From positions 1,798,860-1,862,859 of the forward strand of contig OZ316893.1 in NCBI GenBank assembly GCA_973895155.1: DNA of 64,000 nucleotides. Direction: 5' to 3'. This stretch comes from Marsupella aquatica (taxonomy: Eukaryota; Plantae; Marchantiophyta). This document shows positions 51,301 to 63,557 of the stretch, in pieces. The translations under genes and the position numbers were made by a program. The notes under the pieces were generated by a model. It saw only the letters and a list, made by a program, of their open reading frames with translations. It made no database searches and was not told where the DNA came from. The stretch's first letter is position 1, and each line of letters begins with the position of its first letter.

Positions 51301-53047
51301 TTTTGATTATGGCAAGTGCATTGTCTGTAGTTTAAGTTTTTGCGATGATACAATACTGAAGCCCAAGTATTTCTGTGCAGATCAAGTTACTCCCCAGTAC
51401 AGCGAATAGGAGATTTCCCTCCAGCACCGTGGCAGCTGAGTCAAAGTTACGCTCAGTTGAGTGCGTCACGCAGGAGAATTGGTGGAGCCATCATTGATGC
51501 TGTAACACTGCCATCCCTAGAGGACAGGACAAGCACATTCTTCTCCTTCTCAATAATATTACGTAATGTGAGGCCCGTTGGCCACCAGGTGAGCCATCAT
51601 AACTCGTCGGTATCCTTATGGAACTTCGGCGACTGAACTGCAATCCGGACGATGTTGCTGTTTTAAGCTGCTCTCCTTCCTGATGTTCTTCATGCACACA
51701 GAATGCGTCAGGAAGTAGGTCTTCTGTGTAATTTGACCGTTGCATGTTGGAATCTTTCTCTTTCACGACTAACGATTAGACTGACACCTATTCGTCTGAC
51801 AGGCAACTGTGGGGATGGTCATATCACTTCTTTTATTGGCAGATCTGAGCTTAACATTTCTCACGCTCCTGCAATTTTTCTCCATCTCATTGGAGGCTTT
51901 TCTTTTAGTGTTGTTGGTCTTACCTCTGGCATCAGTTCTAGCTAGCGCTGCTGGTCTAAATGCACTTTTCAGTCATGGACCACGGAGGGCAGCAGGATTG
52001 ACCCGGGTGTATGCCTTGTGGAATATGACTTCGTTTAGCAATGTGGTAAGTCTGCGAGCTACTTAGAGATGTATTGACGTCATTAGTATGTGTGCGGCTC
52101 AGCCACAATCAATTTTGTCCCAGATTTTGCTATATGCATGTAGGTGCCACGGAAACATCTTGCCAGACCTGTTACGTGTTTTATGTTGGATATGGAGCAA
52201 ATGTTGACCTAATATCTTCCTGGCTGGGATCATTGTGGCCATGCTGTGTTTCTCGTTAAGAAATTTATTCAAGAGGATCATACTAGGCTGTCAATGTTTG
52301 TTGACGGTGACCCCCCACAGACAGTTTGCTGTCTGATTATGGCATGTTTCAGTACTAATTCTGGCTTGTCCTTTGCAGTTTGTAGCTTTATTATATGGGT
52401 TTTGTTATTATATTCTTCCTCAACTTCTCCCCTCACGTGGTGTACATGCAGTGTATTTTAACTTGTAAGTAAACCTGGAACTTCTGTCTCTTCCATATTG
52501 TTAATATAGCTGAATCGGCCTAGCCGGGAGAGTGGCCGATAGTTCAAAAGGTTTTGTTGTGGTTTTCTTAATCAAGCTAGCAATTCGTCATAGCAAGGAT
52601 CGACTTTTCTGCAAGTTCTCTCTGAAGCGCTCAATTGGAGCCCCACCTAGTTAGATTTTGTTGATCCGAGAATTCTAGACAACTTGTTGGCTAGCATCTA
52701 CTTTAAACATTTGGGCCCCACAACCCCGCCGCAGGCGGACAGAACTAACAGTCAGTGGACGAGATGTGGAATTAAACGTACCTCAAGGAAAGCCATCTGA
52801 CGCGTTATTGTGAAACTGAACTTTTTAACGGTCTGTAAGCTCCGAACGATATAGAAGCTGTACTAACCTTGATGGAATGTACCTGTGAATTTGCAGGGAT
52901 GAGGATAGTTGGTGGTTCTTTCCGTTACTTCTTATAATTGTTAAATGCATTCAAGCATGGATGGTGAATCTGCACATAGCTAACCTAGAAATTCAAGACA
53001 GGACCCTTTTCTCAGACGATTCGACCAAGTTCTGGCAGAGCAGTTAG
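42378..53047 (+). CDS. Uncharacterised large membrane protein, At5g11700-like (signal peptide, Gly-rich repeats, Cys-rich ephrin-receptor-like motif, C-terminal multi-TM), about 22 exons
   Basis: Approximate exons 42378-43237, 43390-43501, 43674-43882, 44049-44168, 44715-44843, 45099-45224, 45421-45479, 45744-45843, 46468-46586, 46779-46989, 47311-47626, 47860-47953, 48270-48378, 48551-48822, 49033-49160, 49735-49969, 50222-50410, 50961-51238, 51381-51588, 51802-52044, 52379-52464, 52897-53047. Motifs: PPSQTSGTP..GGGHGGRGA, PLLWSRVQV, LPCELGSGSG, GGGGAGGRVHFHWS, CPIGTYKN, IDHSFPFLESLNEV, AAYQWWEG, EYDHACLRSCRSRALYEGLKV, HIANLEIQD. Confidence 0.92.
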
Positions 53048-54822
53048 CCAGATCGTACTAAATTTTTTCTTGAACGAGTGATTTGGAGCAAATCAGAGTT
53101 TGATATTGGCACTTGAGATGCGTAAGGGCTGGCTTGTCTATATGTTGTTGAAACCCTTCACTGCCTGCCCACCATTCCTTCAAATCCGATACGTTTATAT
53201 TTGAGGCTGGGCATAGGTTTACCTTCTGTACCAAAGGGTGCAGTGATAGAGACCAGGGTGAGGAACAGCGGTCCTTTCTAGAGCAGTTTCAGGCCAAGTG
53301 AAAGGAGACAAAAGGACACGAAAGGCACAAATTCTGAAGTGTATTTTCTGAAACCTTGAAGCTCTCTGGGAAGGATGCCCATTGAGATCTTCTGTATATA
53401 TTTAAGAGCTGGGGCTTCAGGGGCCTGAACACATATTAACAGAGATCATTAGGACCGAATGTCGACGGATTACTTGACCTTGTGCTTGAGATAGGAGACA
53501 ACTGAAATTTCCACCCATTCTGAGGACATTTTTAATTCCTTTGAAATTTCAGATGCAACATCTCTTTGGGCTGTTTAGGCTGAATTGGCGTGAATCTGTG
53601 GTTAGCTTGTTCATGAATTTGTTTATGCGATTGCCAAGTATTAATGCTTGTGTGGGAAAAGCAGACTTGCATTGTAAGGCCAAAGAAAGCTTCGGTTCCC
53701 GGTGATTTGCGAGCACATAACTCGTGGTATTTCATGTTACTGAAGTGGATTGGTCTCGGGTGGGTTCACATTAGATAAATGAAGACAGGTAACACTTCCG
53801 TGATAGAAAGGTCAATCTCAGTCGCCGATCAATTGAGTAGGGCAATCATGGTGTCTATGTACATAGGACTGTAAACCAATTGTTCTGAACAGGTACGTGA
53901 AGTCCTCGGTTGCGACTTACGACGTCAAGATTTAGCTGTGAGAATATGACATTCAGTAGATTTTTCCTGTTGTGTATACCAAAGCAGAAACTGTAGAACC
54001 TAAAGCAGAAAACGCAGAATCAGTTTGTGATTGCATGTCCAGCGTTGAAACTGTCAAGCGATGAAATCAAACTATCAAATGCTCACATCTACATGCAGTT
54101 ATTGGGAGATGCATGCAGTTATTAAAGGAATCATGTGACAATGTCATTGTAAGAAGGGTACACTTTTTGCGTCTCTTTTGGGGTGTCGAGCTACTTCTAA
54201 ACGGAAGAGAGGAATACCGAATGTGGTGGGTTTGCATAACTCAAACTAAATGCAAATATTGACCATGCCACTGGCCCTTGTTTCAGCATAACTTACTAGA
54301 TGATTTTACCTCTCATAGTCATGCCTTGCATGGGACCTGCATAGCTTTACATGATGGACTCAGATTGAATGGAAGACTTGAGGCTGAATCATACTGTCAA
54401 ATGTACCCGTGCGACTCCCTCCTTGTTCCTCTTATGAAATGGTGCAGGTATCATCAGCCCTGGATGTCCTAGCCTGTTCTCTGGCCCTGGAAAAGAGGTA
54501 ATTCCAAGTGCACCCCTTTCCATCACACAAATGAAACAGTTCGAGGACCACCACAACATGCATGGGCCAGCATCTCTAGCTCGTTCTCTGCATGCTTGAC
54601 TGTCCTCCATTTCTATCGTCATGCTTTGGCTCACAGTGCTGTGTCTTTCCTGGTCGTTCCCATACTCAGCCTATTTTGGCATAATGATCCTCGTTCTTCT
54701 TGGTACACTTTTTTTTCATAGACGATCTCATCTTTGCTCATTTTATGAAATGCTGGCCTCAGTTTTTCAGAGCCTGCATGACACATAGCTGACTCTGCTG
54801 TGTCTATCGTAGTCATTTTCAA

Positions 54823-54923
54823 ATTTGGCGCATTCTGAGAGATGCACCTCAGTGCCTCTCATAGCCATATTCATATTTGGCGCATTCTGAGAGATGCACC
54901 TCAGTGCCTCTCATAGCCATACT
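54823..54923. repeat. Tandem duplication, about 52 bp
   Basis: ATTTGGCGCATTCTGAGAGATGCACCTCAGTGCCTCTCATAGCCATA occurs twice. Confidence 0.9.
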
Positions 54924-57625
54924 CTTACTTGCTCCCTTTGCATGATACTCTCCAATGACGTTCCATTGTCATCATTTGTCTACAGTGCAGTGTCTCCTAT
55001 GCGCATACTTTGCAAGGGCATTGCCGTGTCTCACTAGGCCATACCTCACTCTGTTCATCTCTGTTCTGGTGAATAATTCACCATACAGAATAACTTCATT
55101 TCTACCTCTCTTCGTGCAGTCCTGTCGAACTACTTGGATCCAATCTCGTGTGCATTTATGTGCCATCTCTCCAACGTATTCCTCGGTTAAAGGTGCTAGA
55201 CACTCGTGGTTTATTTAGCATCTCATAGTAGCTATCCCGTCAGGGGCTCTATTCTCCATACCTTTGGGGCCTCCTCTTCAAGGAATACTCTGGCCCACTG
55301 GTTGTCGTTTTATTCGCTTGATTCACCATGCCTTTTGGGCCTCCTTTTTCCTTGTCTTTCGTTGCCTTGAATAGTATATTTTTATTGGGGAAGTAAAAAG
55401 CCAAGGGATTACAGGGGCAGCCTTCCACGTACGTCAATGCCAAGAGTCCTACTGTAACTATCCAGACTGGACAGAGGGAATTCCTGTACTAGGGAAGGAC
55501 ACTTCAACCCTCATATCTAGAGCTGACTTTCCTAGACCCATTGCAATACCCCAAAAGTCCAGAAGAGACTTGGAGGAAGCTGATACAAATGAGTGATCAC
55601 TGGTATTACCATTATCATCTTCAGGTTTGACCTGATCCCAATGTTATGTGTAACATTGTTAACATAGTCATGAGCCAAAAATTATGGACTCGATTGTGGA
55701 CCAGGAATAGGAATAGGGGTTCAAAGTTGGTTTGGGGGTGGCAAGCTCCCAGAAGCATGTGAGAGGAGTATATATTCTAAGAACCCTCAAAAGCCATCAG
55801 ACAGCCCTAGTCAACTGAGATCCATTGCTATACTCCCTCCAAGCTCCAGGGACTTTGGCCACAAACTTGGTTCTGATCATGCCTACTGTTAAACTGCATT
55901 CTCAATGCATATTTAGATGATCACTTCCTTCAAGGGACCACCTACAGTAGTGCATTGCACTCTGAGGTGGGGTGCATGCTTCAAAGGGAGAATTCTTTGA
56001 AGCTCCCATGTACGTGTGCAACTTGGATAAATGCATTTTACTGACAATGTCACAAAAGTATAATCCTAATCATTACATCCTAGTTGCTGTATGGGTTCTA
56101 TGTGGTCATATACTATGTACGACACCCATGCATACCGTGATAACCCTAGTTTTTTTTCTTTCAATCAATGGATGCAGCAGGGGTTCTATGTGGGTCCAGT
56201 TAGCCTCCAAATGCTAGATAGAATTTTGTTGGTACACTAGTGAGGGCTCTAGAGTAACAATTTTTTCCCCTACAGTCCATCCATCTGTCAGGCTGCATGG
56301 CTTAGTATCAGGTTCACAGGGGAAAACACCAGGCCACCATGAGAAGGTAAGCACAACAAAAGTACATCAAGGACGTCGCAACGAACGAGCATCATGCATG
56401 CAGTGTGTTTGGGCAGTGAGCATTTGACCCCAACTCACCCTTGCGCACAAGCAGGGTGCATGGACAGGATGATGTCCAGAAGTGAGCACAGGACCTTACC
56501 CTTGCGTAAAGACTTTTATGCTTTTTCTCTTTGTATTTTTGAGTGCATTAATTTCTCATACATACTCCCTTCTTTTGAGGAGGGCATTAGGTGAAGTATC
56601 ACAAAAATAGGAAAGGTAAAACCCAAATATAGTGTTATCAAATAAAACAACATAATAACTTGTATCAAAATCACAAGATTTGTTTTTAACTTCTTTCATG
56701 CCTTTGGCCAATTGCAAGCCCTTTTGCTTGGATTTGCTATTCACTTTTTCTTGTTTGTTACCCAAAAATCACTCAGGTTTTTACGCACATTAATGTCCTA
56801 GTTACTGGCATAATATCTCATAATACCCTCTAACCAGGACATTATCCTATTCAAACTGTGTGTGTTAGGCATTGAGGCAAATCCATGTTAATGTCCTTTG
56901 TTCGTCTGATAGGCTACTTAGGGTGGCTTTACAAGATGTGGGGGCAATTGTGAACTTTTCCACCAAAGCAAAATGGAAGGACACTTTTTGTTCTAAACAT
57001 CGACTCCATCCCAATGATCTTTTGGAAATGAGCTTCAATCGACTGATGCAAATTCCTTAATTAATGAACGAGCCAAAGTTTGGAATTGTTTGGACCACCA
57101 GTCTAGGTGGTCTAAACTTATCGATAAATCAAACACTCCACATCAGCATTTACTTAGGCCCACTACTTGCCATGTACGATTGGTAGACACCATACCTGAA
57201 TGGGCCCCCAACTTCTTGTAGAGCCAACTGCAGCAGTTTCTACATGGTCTAGATCTAATCTTAGAGAGAATGAAAGGAAGACAATGTGCCCCCAGTGTAT
57301 TTTAAAATCCCCTTAAAGTGAAAATATTAGTGTTTTGTGTTAGCAAGCCACTTGACAAAATAAGGGATGTCAACACCATGTGGAAAATTTAACCATTTAT
57401 ATCTCCCATTTCCCATCTCCTCCAAGATCCAAACAAAAATATTTTGGACCTTCCACTGTTCCCTCTTCATGCAGTTTTTTGCCTGGACTAAAATTCTTGC
57501 AATACTCTATTGATTGGTATCCCTTTTATTGGGTTTCTTGCCTTTGTGATCTTGTATCCCACTATTGGGCCCTTTTTTTGTTATAGTATTATATTATTAT
57601 TATTATTACATTTCATCTAATGTGG

Positions 57626-57838
57626 TTAAACCACGCCTGCCACTATAAAAGCCTCATTCCCGGTCTCACTACTCACCATAAAAGGTGGAACACTAGCACG
57701 TTTTGTGAAGTACTTGCCATAAAAAGGTTTTGCAGTCAACAACTTTTGTGAAGCTCAAAGCCCATTTCTGAACTTCTACTCCTTAGAATGAGAGCTACGG
57801 GTTACCCGTAGCCCTTTATAGGGGCAGGTGTGGTTTAA
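57626..57838. mobile_element. MITE with about 17-25-bp TIRs and TTAA/TA ends
   Basis: TTAAACCACGCCTGCCCACTATAAA ... TTTATAGGGGCAGGTGTGGTTTAA; internal palindrome GCTACGGGT-T-ACCCGTAGC at 57794-57812. Confidence 0.75.
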
Positions 57839-57898
57839 TTAGGGTGTCTCAAAGCTTCATAATACTAATGATGGCTTTTGACCATAAACAAATGGCCC

Positions 57899-58099
57899 CA
57901 GATTTTTCAGACGGTTGTGTAAGAGTTTTGTTTTTTTTTGTTTTTTCCACTAGCCTCTATACTGACTTATGGTATATCTTTATGGCAAAAAGTTGTGGAT
58001 CACAGATTTTTCAAAGGTTGTGTAAAAGTTTTTGTTTTTTTCTCACTAGCCTCTACACTGACTTATGGTATATCTTTATGGCAAAAAGTTGTGGATCAC
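57899..58099. repeat. Tandem duplication, about 100 bp
   Basis: CAGATTTTTCA..GGTTGTGTAA..CACTAGCCTCTA.ACTGACTTATGGTATATCTTTATGGCAAAAAGTTGTGGATCAC occurs twice. Confidence 0.9.
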
Positions 58100-58299
58100 T
58101 AATCTGGTAGTGCATAACTTTTTATGTAGGTAACCTTAATAAATTTAGTCAACATCCATCAAATGTTGATGCTTGAGACCCCTTATGAGTTTGTTGAAGT
58201 ACAGTAGTTTAAGCACGTGTATGTTACACTGTAAGGTAGACGAAAGCTCTCTCTCAAGGCAACCACTAACTTTTACTGTACAGTCCTTGTGTCTAGCAC

Positions 58300-58670
58300 T
58301 GGACTGTAGTAGCCTTGTAGTACACTCCGTAACATACTGAACTGCGTGACGGGTAGAGTACTGTAGTAGCATCACAGCACCATTGTTGTAGTGCACTCTG
58401 TAACATACTAAACTGGGTGACTGGAACAGAACTGTAGTAGCAATGCAGCACCACTGTAGTACACTCCGTAACACAGAGAACTGCGTGAATGGAACGTAAC
58501 TGTAGTAGTAGCAAGGCAGCACTACTGCAGTACCCTCCGTAACACACAGAACTGCGTGAAGGGAACAGTACTGTAGTAGCAAGGCAGCACTACTGTAGTT
58601 TGGCGTTCCTGTCTTGGTTTGCAGTTCTACGTACTGTAGTAGACTCCGTAGCAAATACAGAACTGCGCGA
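58300..58670. repeat. Minisatellite of about 70-bp unit (4-5 copies) upstream of profilin
   Basis: ACTGTAGTAGCA..GCAGCAC.ACTGTAGTACACTCCGTAACA.A..GAACTGCGTGA.GG recurs; CTC.GTA.CA anchors lie at about 58325, 58395, 58464, 58535 and 58644. Confidence 0.9.
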
Positions 58671-58794
58671 ATACTCTGTCTTGTTGTGAAAGAGAAGACT
58701 AGAGGAAGACTAGAGGGGCTCGAGAAGAAAGCTCGAGAAGAAAGCTTGAGAAGACCCAACAGAACAGAGCAGAGGAGATCAGATCAGAAGAAAG

Positions 58795-58888
58795 CGCAGC
58801 GAAGCGAAGCGAAGCAGAGCATCGAGGAGAGCGGAGAGCAAGCAAGCAAGCAAGCAAGCAAAGCAGAGCAGCGAGCGAGCGAGCGAGA
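58795..58888 (+). repeat. Purine-rich microsatellites (GCGAA)n, (GCAA)n, (GCGA)n in the profilin leader/promoter
   Basis: Directly visible simple repeats. Confidence 0.8.
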
Positions 58889-59178
58889 CCTAAGAAGACG
58901 AGGAGGAGCGGGACGAGCTCGTCGTTGGTTCCCATCTGCCTGATCTTATCCTTGAGCGAATTTCATCGTGTGACGTTCCTCCCGAAAGCCTCGCCGTGCC
59001 GTGCCGTCCAGTCCACAGCGAGATCCGCTGCCAAAGACATCAATTAGCAGTGTTGTTGGTGCTTTTGATCCGATCTGAGAGAGCTGGAAGGAGGTGAAGA
59101 CTGCTACTAGAGAGCGAGAGAGAGGGGATATCGAAGCGAAGGAGAGGAAAGGGACCGGGGCGGCGGCCGTCAGCAAAG

Positions 59179-60537
59179 ATGTCTTGGCAACCGTACATCG
59201 ACGATCACATGATGATGGAATTGCCGAGTGGGAACAGGCTTCACAGCGCGGCGATTTTCGGGCACGAAGGCAGTGTGTGGGCGCAAAGCGCGGAATTCCC
59301 CGAGGTAACGTCTTGGTTGTCGGTCATTTCTTTCTCTGTCCTGTCGTGTGTTTTGAGTGGGACGTGGAATGCGGTTTGTAGTGGATATGATTCTCTCGGG
59401 GATTTATGGAGAGATGCAAAGGTCTTGCTGGCTGGATTGTGAGACGGGGCTTGGAGGCACTTCCGAATGAAGCAGACCTAGAAAGATTCGTAGGTGGATG
59501 GATGGATAAATGTCTTTGACGAGGACTGTGGTGCTGAGAAGTCTTTCGGGCGTGGTTTAACCTAGGTATATGAGTAGTGAAAAGGAGAGAGGCTTCAATT
59601 CTAAACCCACTTGAATGTGTGGCGGCTTGGAGAGGATCTCAGGACTTCGTTGACTCTTGATGTGGTGTGGGATGTGTGGTGAAGTTGCTGCCCAATGAGT
59701 TCGAGAATATCATGCGTGGTTTCGCCGATGCTAATTCAATCGCGCAGAATGGCTTGTTCATGGGAGGTGAGAAGTACATGGTCATTCAGGGTGATCCCGG
59801 AGAAGTCATCCGTGGCAAAAAGGTGCGTCAGTTAAATTTGTGGCACTCTTTGCTTTCAGTCTTCTCTACAGATCCTAGCCTGGAGTGATCGTAGATGAAC
59901 GATTCTATTCCGAGGTGAAGTTTACGATTGCTCCTAGCTTCCAAGATGTTTCCGGACGTTTGATCCCGTACCGTGCACTCCATCCCGTGATCGTTAGAAT
60001 GGACGGCTGGACGAAGCGAATGATAAGTGAATACTAGTGGTCTCGAAAGGGAAGCGCCTGACCGAAGCTTTAATCAGAGGGGACCACTACGGCCGGACCT
60101 GGTAGTGGTTTTTGAAGACGCCCTTCCTTCAAATTGCTTTTGTGGGAGTGGCTGATGAGAAAGCGGTTGACCCTCCTGCAGACTAGTTTTCCTCTATGCC
60201 CGATTTTGTGTTATTTTCTTGCCTGCAATGCATGCGTCGAGTAACCATCTATCACCCTGCTCTGCTTAACATGAAATATCTTCTCCCTGGGAGACCTGAA
60301 CCAATACAAAGAAACAAAAATCTCAAATTGCAAGCAGTTTACAGTCTTCCGGTTCTTTTCTAGATTCCACCCTAACTAAACTGTACGGCTTGACGTGGAC
60401 AGGGTACCGGAGGCGTTACTGTGAAGAAGTGTAACCAATCAGTGGTGATTGGCGTTTATGCCGAGCCCACATCAGGTGGTGAAAATAACCTTGTGGTGGA
60501 AAAGCTTGGTGATTATCTGATTGAATCGGGCTATTAG
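59179..60537 (+). CDS. PRF: Profilin (132 aa), 3 exons
   Basis: Exons 59179-59304, 59685-59822, 60403-60537 give [85 protein letters not shown]; canonical plant profilin two-intron structure. Confidence 0.97.
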
Positions 60538-61354
60538 GCAGATCTACTTCCAGAATTATCTGTCATACAGACAAGTTCTTCCCTGCAATCGATGGATTTG
60601 CATTGCCATCGTGATGAACCCGTCTCGGTCCCGATAGCCCAGTCGATTGATTATGATCATTAGAATTCGGAAGTCAGGTTTTGGTTACGGAGCAGTCTGC
60701 ACGTCAATGGGAGCAGGGGGACCTGGAGAAGTCCTTGAAAACTACATGGTTGCGTGTATAGGCGTCGTTTTGGCTTATCGTTTGGTGAGATGTCAGTATG
60801 CTGTGAGTCGAACTCAAGACTCCTACAATTGTTCAGCAGGACTGTTGTGGACTTCCGTCGCAGCTATGGTTAGGTTATCTGGCTTGTAGATTATAGAGAC
60901 CTTTCTCTGGTAATGACAAGATAATTGAATTGTCTTTATGGTGGAGACTTAGGGCTTTGCAATCGAGACCTGTTCCATCTTGAGATTCGACATTATATTG
61001 ATGCTGAATATTTTCGACATCTATTCAATCTCAGGCAGCTCCTTTACTCTTCTCTCTACTGGTTCTCTAGGTTGACATACAATTCGCTTGAACTACGGTG
61101 TTCAATCCACATTGTGAGGCTGGCCCAGCATTCCATTGAATTGGCTGCTCTTGATTTTGTGAACGCGCGATGGGTTTCAACCTGATGTGAGTGTCTAAGA
61201 TTTGAGAGGGCTGAGTGAGAAATTTCTGGATGGTGCTTGACTAATTGGAAGGACCGAGAATGGTTTTGAGGTTTCGTAGTTGGGACTATGTTCAGAGAAC
61301 TGAAGGCACTTAAACCACACACCTTACAAAAAGGGCCCCATTCCCTGCCGGCCA

Positions 61355-61488
61355 CTGTTCATTCGTGGTGAAGAGTGTATTGACCAGAAAAAACTCTTCA
61401 TTTGTGGTGAAGAGTGTGTTCATTCGTGGTGTGAAGAGTATTTGACCAGAAAAAAACTGTTCATTTGTGGTGAAGAGTGTACTGACCA
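61355..61488. repeat. Short tandem repeat array
   Basis: TTCATT(C/T)GTGGTGAAGAGTGT x4, with TGACCAGAAAAAA spacers. Confidence 0.8.
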
Positions 61489-61913
61489 TACAAAGTGGAG
61501 CCCAAGTCCATTCCAAGTGACACTGAATGGTGTAAAAAGACACATAGGTGTAAGTCTGTAGATTATATTAATCATCAATGTCTACATAATTATGCAGATA
61601 CATCGCTAGATACATTTATTGTGTGTTTGAATACTGCTTTGGATGGTGCATATTGATAGATATCTGTCACATATCCATATATTAAACATCAAGTGACTAA
61701 TATTCTCATATAAGCACATCGTGAACAATAACATACCATGTCCCGATAGCAGACCGTAAAATATAAAGATACATAGCTAGTCACGGAAACCCAATCTCAT
61801 CTTCAGCATTTTGCAATCTGTGTATTCATAGAACATTGCTGCTAGACTTTTTCCTTTGTGATTAGACATAAACCAGCTGAGCAGAGTTTGTTCATGATAA
61901 GGTGATCCAGAGC

Positions 61914-62010
61914 GGTACTACTCAAGTGGTGAATCCACACCACCAAGTGTGGACCATCAACTTGGTACTACTCAAGTGGTGAGTCCACACCAACAAGCTT
62001 GGACCATAAA
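61914..62010. repeat. 49-bp tandem duplication
   Basis: GGTACTACTCAAGTGGTGA.TCCACACCA.CAAG..TGGACCAT occurs twice. Confidence 0.85.
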
Positions 62011-62045
62011 TTTTTCCTCCCGACATACGCCATCGGGTCAAGACC

Positions 62046-62235
62046 CCTTCATTCAGCCCCCGCGATTGGGGCAGAACAATGGCAGAATCAAGTGATGCAA
62101 TGACTTGATTCTGAATCCCACATTTCTGCAGCGATGTCTAGACCCCAATGCCTTCATTCAGCCCCCGCCATTGGGGTAGAATCAAGTCATTGCATCACTT
62201 GATTCTGAATCCCATGTTTCTGCAGCGATGTCTAG
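62046..62235. repeat. Tandem duplication of about 105 bp containing a hairpin whose loop is inverted between copies
   Basis: CCTTCATTCAGCCCCCGC.ATTGGGG..AGAATCAAGT[loop]ACTTGATTCTGAATCCCA..TTTCTGCAGCGATGTCTAGA occurs twice. Confidence 0.88.
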
Positions 62236-63557
62236 ATGGTTGCGGGGAGACATGGGCCAGAAAAAGACTACTGTTGCACCAGAAATTGTTTATGTGACAT
62301 TCATAGAACATAGCATAACAAGCAACAAGTATTTAGGCTTTGAAAATAACCGATTTCTGGCACCTGATCATGGTTGCCAATGTTTGTAATCTCAGGTCAC
62401 AGGGTGGTCCAGGATTGGACACATGTGCACGTGTCCCACGACACTCCCTTGATTCGGAGCCCTTTGGAATTACACTCCATGTCCTCAGGCCATGGGGGAG
62501 CCCTCGGGCGGTTACACCCATAACCCACGCCAGGCCCCCGAGTTACCCTGCACTTTTACAGTTATACGCCTGTGCTCTATACCAATTTGCTACCCCCCTT
62601 GAGGCAGCTTGGGCCCTTATCAAATCTCAAACTTTTTAACTTCTCTCCGTTCATCTCTGCATCCTTAAATATACTTCTCTACCTAAGAACCCTCAACAGA
62701 CCCATAGGATACCTTATTCAAAATCTCACTTCACTTACCTTGGCACAACTAAATGACAAAACTGCCTTACTTTCAACCTCTAGGGCTCTCTTCTCTTACC
62801 CATTTCCCTTATCCTCTTAAACCACCACCGTCCACCAACTCCAGGGACGACAAAATAATGCACCTTTAACTTTTTTTAAGAATATCATTGGCTAATTTTT
62901 ATAAGTTGAACCCACCATGTTTTGCTTCAGGGACAGTGGCGATCTAACAAAGGGGGTGGCTAGGCTCAAACCCTAAGCTCTGAACTGGATATTAGCTAGG
63001 TTATCCCTTCTGATATGGCGGGCACCCACCTCCTTTACCAGGCCACAAAAGACAAAAGGTTCTATATAGGAACAAGGGCACCTGACCCAACCCAACCCTA
63101 CCCTAGCTGACCAGACCAGACCTGAAGCCACCTGACCAGGCCAGAAAGGAAAAAGTAAAGGATTATGACAGTCTAGGCACAAGCTCACGAGGCTGTAACC
63201 TTGTCACTAGAAAGTGAAAAGTAACGAAGCATTCTGGGAGCAGGGTTCAGACTAGAACCCCAACCCAGACGGTCTAACAACAAAGAAATTTTGTACAGAA
63301 CAAAGTTATGGATCACAAGTATCCGAACAAGAGTCAAGAAATATCATGGACCCAAAGTTAAGGATCACAAGTTTCCCAAGAGGTTATAGAAATATCTTAA
63401 ACCCTTCCTCAATTTGTTCCTTTGTATGTGTGTATAAGGTTATGAGGCATTACCCCAGGCCAAGCCACAGAACCCTTGGGCCAGCCTGGCCTGGGGATTA
63501 TGAAATTTGAATGAGAAACATAGTAAAGCGCAAGTGGCAGAAAGTGTCGGATCAGAC

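Noticed and set aside
54250-55460. Possible decayed retroelement coding region
   Set aside because: Many stops in all frames and no RT/INT/transposase motif that I could confirm.
58300-58670. CRISPR-like periodicity of about 70 bp, and the 204-aa minus ORF 58145-58759
   Set aside because: The whole unit is repeated (minisatellite); the ORF is a low-complexity translation of the repeat.
62934-63140. CAGTGGCGATCTA hAT-like 5' end with ACC(C/A/T)(A/G) subrepeats
   Set aside because: No matching opposite TIR or TSD found inside the window, so boundaries cannot be supported.
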